DNA of 64,000 bases from an uncultured Pseudomonadales bacterium (GCA_964650185.1 CAZYRN010000005.1:18640-82639), one strand, 5' to 3'; positions 1-8,654 are shown, numbered from the stretch's first letter. The notes: generated from the letters alone by a model not told the origin. Made by a program: numbers and translations.

Positions 1-2
1 CT

Positions 3-455
3 GATACACCGCTGCTTTATGATAACCAAACTACTTTTGAGATTGGCGGTTGTCATGAGTTGCGAAAATCTGGTGATGATGTCATAACGATTTTAGCTGC
101 CGGCATTACACTTCATGAAGCCTTAAAAGCTTATGATCTGTTGCAAGCAGAGGGCATTTCTGTGAGAGTCATTGATCTATACAGCATCAAACCTTTACCA
201 ACTAAAGAGTTGGTGCAGGCGACAGTTGATACACCAGCGATCTTAACGGTGGAAGATCATTATCCGGCGGGAGGAATGGGTGAGGCAGTGGCATCTTTCT
301 TGGCAGAGAAACAAATTTTTCATCCCATCCATAGCCTAGCAGTGACAAAAATGCCTCGCAGCGGCAGGCCTGAGCAGTTATTGGCTGAGGCGGCTATTGA
401 TGCCACAGCGATTGTAGCCCAGGTAAAGCTGATGTTGAAACAAGAGCTGATATAA
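3..455 (+). CDS. Transketolase C-terminal domain/subunit (5' partial, runs off window start)
   Basis: Frame stays open to position 3. GDDVTI...HEAL...ISVRVID...HYPAGG match the transketolase C-terminal domain. TTG at 60 is only the first in-window start. Confidence 0.6.
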   Translation, partial: DTPLLYDNQTTFEIGGCHELRKSGDDVITILAAGITLHEALKAYDLLQAEGISVRVIDLYSIKPLPTKELVQATVDTPAILTVEDHYPAGGMGEAVASFLAEKQIFHPIHSLAVTKMPRSGRPEQLLAEAAIDATAIVAQVKLMLKQELI

Positions 456-1336
456 TGACATCTATGCCTGATAAATTTACTGCCGTTTGGGTTTCACATA
501 GCTCGATAAGTGACTTTTTGAAATGCCCTCGTGCTTACTACCTGAATAATGTTTATAAAGATCCCGCCACAGGTCATAAGATTCAGTTGATGGCGCCTGC
601 GTTAGCTTTGGGTGGGGCGGTTCATGAGATTGTGGAAGCGCTCTCCAAGATTCCGACTGTGGATCGGTTTAAGACTCCGATTCTGGAAAAGTTTAGAACT
701 CTTTGGCAACGCAAGTACACAGGCAAACAGGGTGGTTTCAGCTCTCCTGAGCAGGAGCAGCTCTACTTTCAGCGCGGTGAAGAGATGCTGCGACGGCTAA
801 TCGATCATCCGGGTCCGTTGGCTAACAAAGCTGTTAAAATTCAAGGTGATTTACCTCAATACTGGTTATCAGAAGAGGAGAATATCATTCTCTGCGGCAA
901 GATTGACTGGCTGGAATACTTGCCTGATCAAGATGCGGTCCATATTATCGATTTTAAAACCAGTAAAACTGAAGAAAATGGTGAGTCACTGCAGTTGCCC
1001 ATCTATCACTTATTAGTCAAGAATACTCAGCACCGTCATGTAGCGAAAGCTAGCTATTGGTATTTGGAACTGAATGATGAACCAACCGCCAAAGAACTGC
1101 CTGATTTGGAAGAGGCACATGAACAGGTGCTAGCAGTCGCTAAGAAAATGAAACTCGCTAGAAAATTAGATCATTTTAAGTGTCCGCATGGTGATGAAGG
1201 CTGCTATGCTTGTTTACCATTAGAAAGAATTATCAAAGGTGAGGCAGAAAAAGTCGGCGTGAGTGAGTTTAGACAAGACATTTATATCTTACCTAGACCG
1301 GCAGATACGGTTTCAGGTGAAGCAATAATTTTATGA
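455..1336 (+). CDS. Cas4-like/RecB-family PD-(D/E)XK nuclease with Cys cluster (putative 4Fe-4S)
   Basis: N-terminal FLKCPRAYYL (Cas4/AddB-type CPR motif), GKIDWL and IIDFKTSK (D...DxK), QLPIYHL (QxxxY), C-terminal CPHGDEGCYAC. Start overlaps the upstream stop (TAATG). Confidence 0.65.
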   Translation: MTSMPDKFTAVWVSHSSISDFLKCPRAYYLNNVYKDPATGHKIQLMAPALALGGAVHEIVEALSKIPTVDRFKTPILEKFRTLWQRKYTGKQGGFSSPEQEQLYFQRGEEMLRRLIDHPGPLANKAVKIQGDLPQYWLSEEENIILCGKIDWLEYLPDQDAVHIIDFKTSKTEENGESLQLPIYHLLVKNTQHRHVAKASYWYLELNDEPTAKELPDLEEAHEQVLAVAKKMKLARKLDHFKCPHGDEGCYACLPLERIIKGEAEKVGVSEFRQDIYILPRPADTVSGEAIIL

Positions 1337-1343
1337 GGCAGGG

Positions 1344-2206
1344 GTGAAAACAGTTACCCCATATCTCAAACTACTTCGTTTATCAGATCAGCATGTTTCA
1401 TTGGGCTTTATCATCGCCGGAGCGATTGTGGCAAACGTCACCGCCAGTTGGCTGTGGATCTGGGGGTTGGCTTGTGTCTTGCTGTCTATGGTGGCCTATG
1501 TGTTAAATGAGCTCCAGGATGTTGATACCGATACTCATAGTTGGAATCCCATTCACTTGCAGTCTGCCCAAAGAAAAAAATAAACTCAAGTGTGGTTGTG
1601 GCGATGGTGATAAGTTTATTAACCATCAGTGCTTTTTTGGCAGGATGGGTGGGAATGTTGGGTTGGTGGGTATTGCTGTTGGGTTTGGCAATTGCTTACT
1701 CATTGCCGCCGCTGAGACTGAAGGGGGTGGCTGGTTTCGATATTTTGGTCCAGGTTTTAACCGCAACTTTAATACCTTTGCTGGCAGTCTTGTGGAAAGC
1801 GAATGTGTCGCTAGTCAGCGCCACTGCCTTGATAGTCATTCTATTTCTGATGATTTGGTCAATCTTTTACCCTTATCAGCTAGCAGATTTTGTAGCTGAC
1901 CAGCGGGCAAAACTAGGGAATACTCATCTGAAATTAGGTTGGCAGAAAACTCTACAACTAATGTTAATAGTTAGTGTGCTCAGTGTGATTCTTTTTCCAA
2001 TTTTATTTCAAAATCAATGGTGGAGTCTGCCCTTTGTTATCTTTACGATACATAGCGGCTACTGGTACTGGTACTGGTACTGGTTGCAAGTGACGCCTCA
2101 GCAAGCGATGCGCTCCATGCAAAATTATGTCTTAAAAATGAAGCCACTCTCTCACGTCCTCTTGTTTTACCTGTTTTTGCTGTGGACTCTTACACAATTC
2201 TTATAA
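1344..2206 (+). CDS. UbiA-family prenyltransferase, interrupted; needs a -1 frameshift at the A7 run 1574-1580
   Basis: NELQDVDTD (NDxxDxxxD) motif in frame 0, which stops at 1581-1583. The multi-TM remainder with YSLPPLRLKG continues in the -1 frame from ~1562 to 2206. Confidence 0.6.
2060..2083 (+). repeat. Hexanucleotide tandem repeat (tactgg)x4 inside the UbiA-like CDS, encoding WYWYWYW
   Basis: Direct read of ggctactggtactggtactggtactggttg. Confidence 0.7.
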
Positions 2207-2248
2207 ATAAATCAACTATTGAACCGGCTGTTTTTGGGTAGTTAGATG

Positions 2249-2260
2249 TGTATTAATACA
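2249..2260. promoter_or_regulatory. Perfect 12-bp palindrome tgtattaataca upstream of the HNH gene; 9-mer ttaatacat recurs at 2281-2289 overlapping the ATG
   Basis: Read directly. Lies between a weak -35-like ttagat and a -10-like tatatt (2268-2273). Candidate operator. Confidence 0.3.
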
Positions 2261-2287
2261 TTCTGATCTATATTAGGTGGTTAATAC

Positions 2288-2965
2288 ATGAGCCATGAAA
2301 ATCGCTTAGCAATAACTGAAACAATAAGAGCAATAGCTGGTTTAGGCTTGATCGCGGTGGGGCTTATTGAATTATCCAGATATCAGTTTCCAAAAAAAGC
2401 TAGATTAGAGGTAGTTAAATCAGTCGACAGATGTGAAATATGCGGTAGGGATAATCCCTATGATCAAAAAAATGCAGATAAGAAAAAGAAAACGAAAGGT
2501 CGCGGTAGGGGGAGGAAGTCAAAAAATGGTTCTCGTGATCCCAACCAAGGATTCGAAGCTCACCACCGTTGCCATGAAGCAATTGCTGGCAAATATTTGC
2601 CAAAATACCTAGTCCATCATCCCGCTAATGGTGTTAAGCTCTGTAGTGAGTGCCATCTTCAATATCATCTGCAATATCCTAACGAGTCATTTTCATATGA
2701 GGATGAATTGAAGATGGTGCAAGAGTTACTAGAATCAATTCTTTATTTTCACAGAACTCATCGTAATGAGTTGGAAGAACTCTATACATCACATGTGTTG
2801 TTAGAGCATCCTACCAAGATATTCAATGAAGCAGAAAAGACTCTGAGGCAGGTAAAGAGAGAGTTGAAAAAAATTGCGGCTGAGAATGAGGAGAAAAGTA
2901 GAAGGGATAGCTCGATAAACTATCCTCATGTGCTGCCTGTGCAGTATGGAGCTACAGATAAATAG
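2288..2965 (+). CDS. HNH endonuclease with N-terminal transmembrane helix and K/R/G-rich basic loop
   Basis: TM segment AIAGLGLIAVGLI. CEICG...HHRCH...HH...N...CSECH is a classic HNH zinc-finger nuclease motif. Helical C-terminal ~110 aa. Confidence 0.6.
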   Translation: MSHENRLAITETIRAIAGLGLIAVGLIELSRYQFPKKARLEVVKSVDRCEICGRDNPYDQKNADKKKKTKGRGRGRKSKNGSRDPNQGFEAHHRCHEAIAGKYLPKYLVHHPANGVKLCSECHLQYHLQYPNESFSYEDELKMVQELLESILYFHRTHRNELEELYTSHVLLEHPTKIFNEAEKTLRQVKRELKKIAAENEEKSRRDSSINYPHVLPVQYGATDK

Positions 2966-3077
2966 CGATGTTGAGGTAGATCGATGCCTAAGGTAGCGTT
3001 CTTAGCAATAGAATATTAACTATTGAAGTCGGAAATCAGATTTTGTTTGATAGCAAAAATCTGTCTAGAAAAGAGTA

Positions 3078-3770
3078 TTGATGGTTACAGTCACCGAATC
3101 AGAAATTCCAGCCTCAATTATTGAGGAAATTAATAAGATTGAGGTCCCACTAACCCTAGAAAAAGCCCATGAAATTTCCGACCAGTTGGAGAGAATTCTT
3201 GCCATTTTACTACTATTTGTAGCTCATCAGATTAACGAATTAAGTAATAGCGTGGGAACTGATAAGAAATGTTTGGTTTATCACGAAGGTGTGGAAATCA
3301 GAGTCACGCCTGAACAGATTGAACAGTCTGGAGTAAAAGAATTATGTGAATGGACAGAGGAACAGTTAAGAAAAAAAGAAAATAGGAGGAGAAGAAATAG
3401 AAGAAATAAAAATAACACCTCCGGAGAAATAAGAAGCCAAACACAGCCTACAACTACTCAAAGATTTAAAAAATTGACTAAGCCAGATTTTGAACTTGTT
3501 ATTTTAGATAGTAATTTTAACTTATTAAACACCCTTTTTTTGGAGGTTACTACTGGAAGTACTTATATTCCACATAAGCAGGGGCAGTTGGGAGTGGCGA
3601 TTGCTGCGGGATTAGAAGATCACTATCTACAATGCACTATGCATGAGGTGGCAATTGTTGCTGATCTCTTAATAAATTACTTTCCTCAGCTGAGAGAATG
3701 GTTTTTAGAAAATGATTTGCTTGTTCTTTTATTAGATTTTGAAAAATATAAACTGGCTAAATTTTTATAG
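3078..3770 (+). CDS. Hypothetical protein with central poly-basic stretch (RKKENRRRRNRRNKNN)
   Basis: ORF with no recognisable motifs. 25 bp upstream of the NYN gene and 113 bp downstream of the HNH gene. A hairpin (cagatttt...aaaatctg) lies in its 5' region ~3040-3068. Confidence 0.4.
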   Translation: MMVTVTESEIPASIIEEINKIEVPLTLEKAHEISDQLERILAILLLFVAHQINELSNSVGTDKKCLVYHEGVEIRVTPEQIEQSGVKELCEWTEEQLRKKENRRRRNRRNKNNTSGEIRSQTQPTTTQRFKKLTKPDFELVILDSNFNLLNTLFLEVTTGSTYIPHKQGQLGVAIAAGLEDHYLQCTMHEVAIVADLLINYFPQLREWFLENDLLVLLLDFEKYKLAKFL

Positions 3771-3794
3771 CTTTTCCAGTGTTATACTAATAGC

Positions 3795-4298
3795 ATGGCC
3801 GATGTTCATAAACACAAAAATCAGCGAGTGGGAGTGTTTGTTGATGTTTCCAACATGTATTTTTCTGGTAAAAACCTCTTCGACAAAAACGTTAACTTCA
3901 AAAATGTCCTAGATCAGGCTGTGAGCAAGCGCCAGTTGGTGAGAGCATTTGCTTATGTGATCGAAAGTGAGAGCGGTAAGGAAGCAGATTTCTTTGAAGC
4001 CTTGGAGCGCTATGGTTATGAGACCCGAATTAAACAACTGCAAGTTTTTAAAGGCGGAGCTAAAAAGGGTGACTGGGATGTGGGTTTAGCAATCGATGTG
4101 GTGAGAATGCTGCCAATTTTAGATGTGGTAGTTTTGGTGTCTGGTGATGGAGACTATGTTGATCTGCTAGATTACGTCAGAGCTCATGGCCGGCGAACTG
4201 AAGTGATGGCTTTTGAAAAAACCACTAGCAGCAGATTGCTGGCCGAGGTAGATGAGTTTATTGATTTAGGTGAAAATTCTCGCCGCTTTTTAATCTAA
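3795..4298 (+). CDS. NYN/LabA-like (DUF88) PIN-fold nuclease domain protein
   Basis: VFVDVSN near the N-terminus plus LVSGDGDY acidic cluster, typical of NYN/LabA. Confidence 0.65.
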   Translation: MADVHKHKNQRVGVFVDVSNMYFSGKNLFDKNVNFKNVLDQAVSKRQLVRAFAYVIESESGKEADFFEALERYGYETRIKQLQVFKGGAKKGDWDVGLAIDVVRMLPILDVVVLVSGDGDYVDLLDYVRAHGRRTEVMAFEKTTSSRLLAEVDEFIDLGENSRRFLI

Positions 4299-4320
4299 TT
4301 ATTTTCAATTTAGCTATTCA

Positions 4321-4358
4321 AAAAAAGGCAGTCGAAGTAAATTCGCCTGCCCTTTTTT
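4321..4358. terminator. Bidirectional rho-independent terminator between convergent genes
   Basis: A6-ggcag-t-cgaa-gtaaa-ttcg-c-ctgcc-T6. Compound hairpin flanked by an A-run and a T-run. Confidence 0.55.
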
Positions 4359-4375
4359 AAATTTTTAACTAACGC

Positions 4376-5158
4376 TTAGATGCTGAAAGCCGCGTCTGAA
4401 AAGGCCCAGAAAGCATCATTACCGGCTTCATCAGCTACACACTCAGCTGCGATGGCAGATGGCATAGCTGTGGCATGAAAGCCCAATGGGAAGTGTCGGT
4501 ACACCCAAGCAACTTGGTCACCATACTCTTCCATGGCTTGCACCATTGAGGGGTGAAAACTACGACAGTAAGGACACTCATAGTCAGAGTATTCAACTAA
4601 GACAACACTGGCCTCAGCATTACCGCGGATGTGATCAGCTTCACTCACTGGAACAAAACCATCAGCAATCAGCAGCGCTGCAGATTGAGGATCCGGCTCG
4701 CCGGTGCCAGTTAAGTAGCGATCAAGGACGGCCTTAACTTGTGGGTAGGGAAGAGCACCAGAAATAACCTCTTTCGGCTCGCCATCCACCACCACAATAG
4801 TGCCGGGAGTGCCACCAATGCCGGCAGCTTCACCGCCAGTCATCTGATCCTGGACTCTTTGGGCAATTTCAGGATTTTGAATACAAGTCTCATAAGTATC
4901 AGCTGCTACACCTTGATCAGATGCTAACTGAGCTAACACTTCTGTAGACAGAGCCGCTTGAGGAGGCTGTTGTTCAGTCGGAGCTTGGGCGGCAGGATTA
5001 TTAGTGCCGCCAGCTTTGCTAATACGGCTATCTGTCCAGATTGAACCGGCAAAAAATCCAACTATTAAAAAGAGAATCGACAAGAAAATAATGCCAAAAT
5101 TCTGATTAATAAAATCGAGTGTGCTGGCTAGAGAGTACGGACTATCATTATTAGACAT
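4376..5158 (-). CDS. Membrane-anchored DsbA-like thiol:disulfide oxidoreductase, apparently circularly permuted
   Basis: N-terminal TM. Then the DsbA C-half (helical region plus GGTPGTIVVVDG cis-Pro segment). Then a linker, then the DsbA N-half (VVLVEYSDYECPYCRSFHP...FPLGFH...AAECV...FWAF) ending at the stop. Confidence 0.65.
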   Translation of the reverse strand: MSNNDSPYSLASTLDFINQNFGIIFLSILFLIVGFFAGSIWTDSRISKAGGTNNPAAQAPTEQQPPQAALSTEVLAQLASDQGVAADTYETCIQNPEIAQRVQDQMTGGEAAGIGGTPGTIVVVDGEPKEVISGALPYPQVKAVLDRYLTGTGEPDPQSAALLIADGFVPVSEADHIRGNAEASVVLVEYSDYECPYCRSFHPSMVQAMEEYGDQVAWVYRHFPLGFHATAMPSAIAAECVADEAGNDAFWAFSDAAFSI

Positions 5159-5235
5159 GATTGATGCTTTCTATAAATTAATTGTTAAGCTACTACAAAG
5201 TGTAGTATTACTATTGATTACTTGTCAATGATTAC

Positions 5236-6087
5236 TTACTTTATCATACTTATTGTCATATTGTGAGACGGAATGACTGGTTTGAGCGGTGAAAATAGCT
5301 GTAAATCGCGGCAATTGCGATTAATGACAGTTGAGGCTGTGGTTTCGGGACTGCTGGGCAGAGCTACTGCTGGAATGGCAGCAAATGAGGTTATTAGTAA
5401 GATCATGATGCCTACAGACCAGACAAGTTTAGTTTTCGAAACTGCATAAACAAAAGTACGGCGTAGTGTCATGAGCTGAATGCGCTGATCTAAAAAAGCC
5501 GCTGCTAGAGCTGGCAAAGCCAAGGATTGGGGCTGAATGGCTTTAGCTAAGGCTGATTTTAAATACAAATCTGTCTGCTGATGATTAATACAAGCTAAGT
5601 CAGCTTGATTTTCAAAAAACAGTTTGAGCTGGTGAAATAGGTCACCAAAGACTGGTAAAAAGAACAGTATATCGCTCAACAGCTGATTAGCTAACAATAA
5701 GCGCGGATGATGATGTTCCAAATGATGTTTTTCATGAAGAATAACTGCTTCTAGCTCTTGGCAAGTTAATTGATCAATTAAGGCTTGGGAAATAATTACC
5801 TGCGGATGTTGCCAGCCGCTGGTATAGGCCAGCACTTGGGGGTTATCGACCACTAAAATTTGTTTTGGAGACAAGTGATGTTTGCTCATCACGCTGAGAA
5901 GTTTACTGGCCAAAGGCTGATAGGATCTCTGGGCAACTAATCGTCGATGAGTCTGAAAAGTTTTGATCAAAGTGGCAGTTGCTTTTAAGACAATAATTAA
6001 GACTAATCCTTTCCAGATCACTTGTAAGGGAAACTGAAGCAAAGTCAGCTGGTCAATGGCAGTTGAGCAAAATGAAATAAATCCCAT
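5236..6087 (-). CDS. BlaR1/MecR1-like M56 family membrane metallopeptidase (no sensor domain)
   Basis: Multi-TM with HEKHHLEHHH (HExxH zinc motif). Lies 12 bp downstream of the BlaI-like gene. Confidence 0.7.
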   Translation of the reverse strand: MGFISFCSTAIDQLTLLQFPLQVIWKGLVLIIVLKATATLIKTFQTHRRLVAQRSYQPLASKLLSVMSKHHLSPKQILVVDNPQVLAYTSGWQHPQVIISQALIDQLTCQELEAVILHEKHHLEHHHPRLLLANQLLSDILFFLPVFGDLFHQLKLFFENQADLACINHQQTDLYLKSALAKAIQPQSLALPALAAAFLDQRIQLMTLRRTFVYAVSKTKLVWSVGIMILLITSFAAIPAVALPSSPETTASTVINRNCRDLQLFSPLKPVIPSHNMTISMIK

Positions 6088-6099
6088 ACATCAATTAGA

Positions 6100-6516
6100 T
6101 TATGAACGTAATTTTTTAACTAACTCATGACGTTCCGCTGGTGACAGATGATCAACTTCATCAACAAAAGCAGCTATGGCTGGCTCGCCAAAACGATCAA
6201 CCAGACTCTGGATAGTTTGTTTAACGACCAATTTGACAAACTGCGGCTTAGCTTTTTTGGCGGTGTATAGAAAACTGCGGCCGGATTTTTTTCTCACTAA
6301 CACTGATTTATCAACCAAGCGTTTCATGATGGTCATGACGGTGGTATAGGCGAGTTTGTCACTGCTAGATCTGGTTTGATTAAGATCAAGCAGTACCTGT
6401 CTGACTGCCAGCTGGTCTTTTTTCCAGACAATTTCAAGAATTTCTTTTTCTAAAGGGCCGAGAGTGATTTCTTCCTGCATACTACGGATTGTAGTTGAGC
6501 AAAATAAAATATTCAA
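6100..6516 (-). CDS. BlaI/MecI/CopY-family winged-helix transcriptional repressor
   Basis: LGPLEKEILEIVWKK...AYTTVMTIMKRLVDKSVL matches the penicillinase-repressor family. The likely true start is the internal ATG at 6480 (126 aa). Confidence 0.7.
   Translation of the reverse strand: MNILFCSTTIRSMQEEITLGPLEKEILEIVWKKDQLAVRQVLLDLNQTRSSSDKLAYTTVMTIMKRLVDKSVLVRKKSGRSFLYTAKKAKPQFVKLVVKQTIQSLVDRFGEPAIAAFVDEVDHLSPAERHELVKKLRS
6481..6495. promoter_or_regulatory. Inverted repeat actac-ggatt-gtagt abutting the probable blaI-like start; candidate autoregulatory operator
   Basis: Perfect 5-bp arms. TAC...GTA dyad resembles BlaI/MecI operators. Confidence 0.3.
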
Positions 6517-6590
6517 GGAGCGGCGGATTATTGCTAACCTCTTACTGAGTCCTTACTAGTTATCAGTGCCTTAGATCATAAAATGTTGGC

Positions 6591-7760
6591 ATGGGTATCT
6601 TAGCAAAAATATTGGGTTTAGTATTGGTAGCGGGGCTAATTGGGATAATCTTTTTTCGCGATCGAATGAGTCAGCTCTTATTAACCATTAATCCCAACTC
6701 AGTTGAAACTGGCGTAGAGCAAGCTACGTCTACTGCCAACAACACACGTCGGAGCGGCGGCAAAATTATTGAGGCAAATAATGTGGAAGAAGTGGCTGCT
6801 AATTTAGCGATTCCTTGGGAGGTGGTTGAGTTACCAGATGAAACGTTGTTAGTCACAACTCGCCCTGGAGAGTTGGTCAGAATTTATCCCGATGACCGGA
6901 CGCAAATTCCTGTTGAGGGGGTAGAACATATTGGTGAAGGCGGTTTATTGGGGCTGGAGCTGCATCCGGATTTTACTGAGAATCAGTGGCTCTACCTCTA
7001 CCTCACCACCAATGTCAGCGGCGGTTTAAACAATCGGGTGGAGCGGTATCAGTTTAATGTAGCAGAAAATACTTTGGCGGATGCAACAGTCATCATTGAT
7101 CAGATTCCAGGTGCCGTTAATCATGATGGCGGCCGAATTAGATTTGGCCCTGATGAATTGCTTTACATTACCACTGGTGATGCCGGTAATGAGGACAGCG
7201 CGCAAGACACCTCTTCCCTAGCCGGAAAAATTTTACGAGTGGCAGATGATGGGGCAATTCCTGATGATAACCCCTTTGACAACGCCGTTTTTAGTTATGG
7301 ACACCGCAACGTGCAAGGGATCGATTGGGATGAACAAGATCGGCTTTGGGCAACAGAGCACGGACCTTCGGGATTTGAATCTGGTTTTGACGAGGTCAAT
7401 TTGATTGAGATGGGACAGAATTATGGCTGGCCGGAAATTAGAGGAGATGAGGAGCAGACTGGTATGGTTTCGCCAGTCATTCAGTCAGGAGCGGATGAAA
7501 CTTGGGCGCCGGCAGCATTGGAAATTGTTGACGATCAGTTATTTTTCGTCGGTTTAAGAGGTGAAACGCTTTATCAAGCAACCATCGATGGCGCCAACTT
7601 AACAAATTTTACCAGAAACCTAGTGGGAGAGTTTGGCCGGTTACGTTTACTAAAATTAATTCAAGACAACCGACTTTATTTGGGTACCAGTAATACTGAT
7701 GGCCGCGGGTCGGCTAACGAAAATGATGATCGTTTATTTAGGATTTTTCTTGAGCTATAA
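6591..7760 (+). CDS. PQQ-dependent soluble sugar (glucose/sorbosone) dehydrogenase-like beta-propeller protein
   Basis: N-terminal TM/signal. GEGGLLGLELHPDF, NHDGGRIRFGPD, FSYGHRNVQGIDWD and QNYGWPE motifs match the YliI/sGDH family. Confidence 0.65.
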   Translation: MGILAKILGLVLVAGLIGIIFFRDRMSQLLLTINPNSVETGVEQATSTANNTRRSGGKIIEANNVEEVAANLAIPWEVVELPDETLLVTTRPGELVRIYPDDRTQIPVEGVEHIGEGGLLGLELHPDFTENQWLYLYLTTNVSGGLNNRVERYQFNVAENTLADATVIIDQIPGAVNHDGGRIRFGPDELLYITTGDAGNEDSAQDTSSLAGKILRVADDGAIPDDNPFDNAVFSYGHRNVQGIDWDEQDRLWATEHGPSGFESGFDEVNLIEMGQNYGWPEIRGDEEQTGMVSPVIQSGADETWAPAALEIVDDQLFFVGLRGETLYQATIDGANLTNFTRNLVGEFGRLRLLKLIQDNRLYLGTSNTDGRGSANENDDRLFRIFLEL

Positions 7761-8193
7761 AAACTAAGAAACACAGTGCATAAATAATTTGGTCATTAAT
7801 GGGATTAGCAGTTGGAGGCTGAGACAAGTAAAAAAGCATCATCATTAACATGCCGCTAGCGGAAGCAAAAGTGACTAGTATGCCAGCCAGCAAAGCCAGA
7901 CCAATGCCAATTTCACCAAATATGACTAAAAAATCTACCACTGGGTTGCCTGCCATCGTCGTAAAGATTGAACTGAGAGGGCCAGTAGCAGCTTGCAGGT
8001 AATTGGCTGCGGTAAATCCGCTCATGGCTTTAGTTATGCCAGATAACAAAAACAGTACCCCTAAAGCAATTCTTAAAATTAACAGTGCCTCTCCAAGTCG
8101 AAATTTTTTCATCTTGCACTCCCCTCTTATTTTTGATTTACTACATAATGTAGTATATAAATTAATCTTAAAAAGAAACAGTGATGAAACCAC
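7738..8193 (-). CDS. DoxX-family membrane protein
   Basis: ~4 TM protein. LILRIALGVLFLLSGITK is typical of the DoxX N-terminus. Confidence 0.5.
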   Translation of the reverse strand: MVSSLFLFKINLYTTLCSKSKIRGECKMKKFRLGEALLILRIALGVLFLLSGITKAMSGFTAANYLQAATGPLSSIFTTMAGNPVVDFLVIFGEIGIGLALLAGILVTFASASGMLMMMLFYLSQPPTANPINDQIIYALCFLVFIAQEKS

Positions 8194-8654
8194 TTAAATT
8201 TATCATCGCCCTCTTCTCTGCCAGCTTGATCTTTTCAGCTTGCACGCATCTTAATTCTACTGAAACCTCTTCTACAGAGGTAGGGGGTGAAATTGACCAA
8301 GTAGCACCACCTGAAGAAGTAGTATCGCCTGAAGAAGTAGTAAGGGATGAAGTCGTTGCTTATGAGTTGACGGCAGTTAATTTCGAGTACTCCACTGACG
8401 ATCTTACAGCTGCCCCAGGACAAGAAATGCAGGTTAGACTCATAGTTGAGGAAGGCATGCACGATTTCGTCATTGATGAGTTAGAGGTACAAACCGATGT
8501 TATGAATGCGGGTGAAGAAACTACGGTCACAGTGATGATTCCGGAAGATGCTGAGCCAGGCACCGAGTATCCTTTTTACTGCAGTGTGGGCAATCATCGG
8601 GAAATGGGGATGGAAGGAACGCTGACAGTTACAGCTGCTGCTGATAGAAATTAA
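8181..8654 (+). CDS. Cupredoxin (blue-copper) domain lipoprotein
   Basis: Lipobox-like LIFSAC. HDFVID...FYCSVGNHREMGM places His, Cys, His and Met ligands in plastocyanin-like spacing. Confidence 0.55.
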   Translation: MMKPLKFIIALFSASLIFSACTHLNSTETSSTEVGGEIDQVAPPEEVVSPEEVVRDEVVAYELTAVNFEYSTDDLTAAPGQEMQVRLIVEEGMHDFVIDELEVQTDVMNAGEETTVTVMIPEDAEPGTEYPFYCSVGNHREMGMEGTLTVTAAADRN

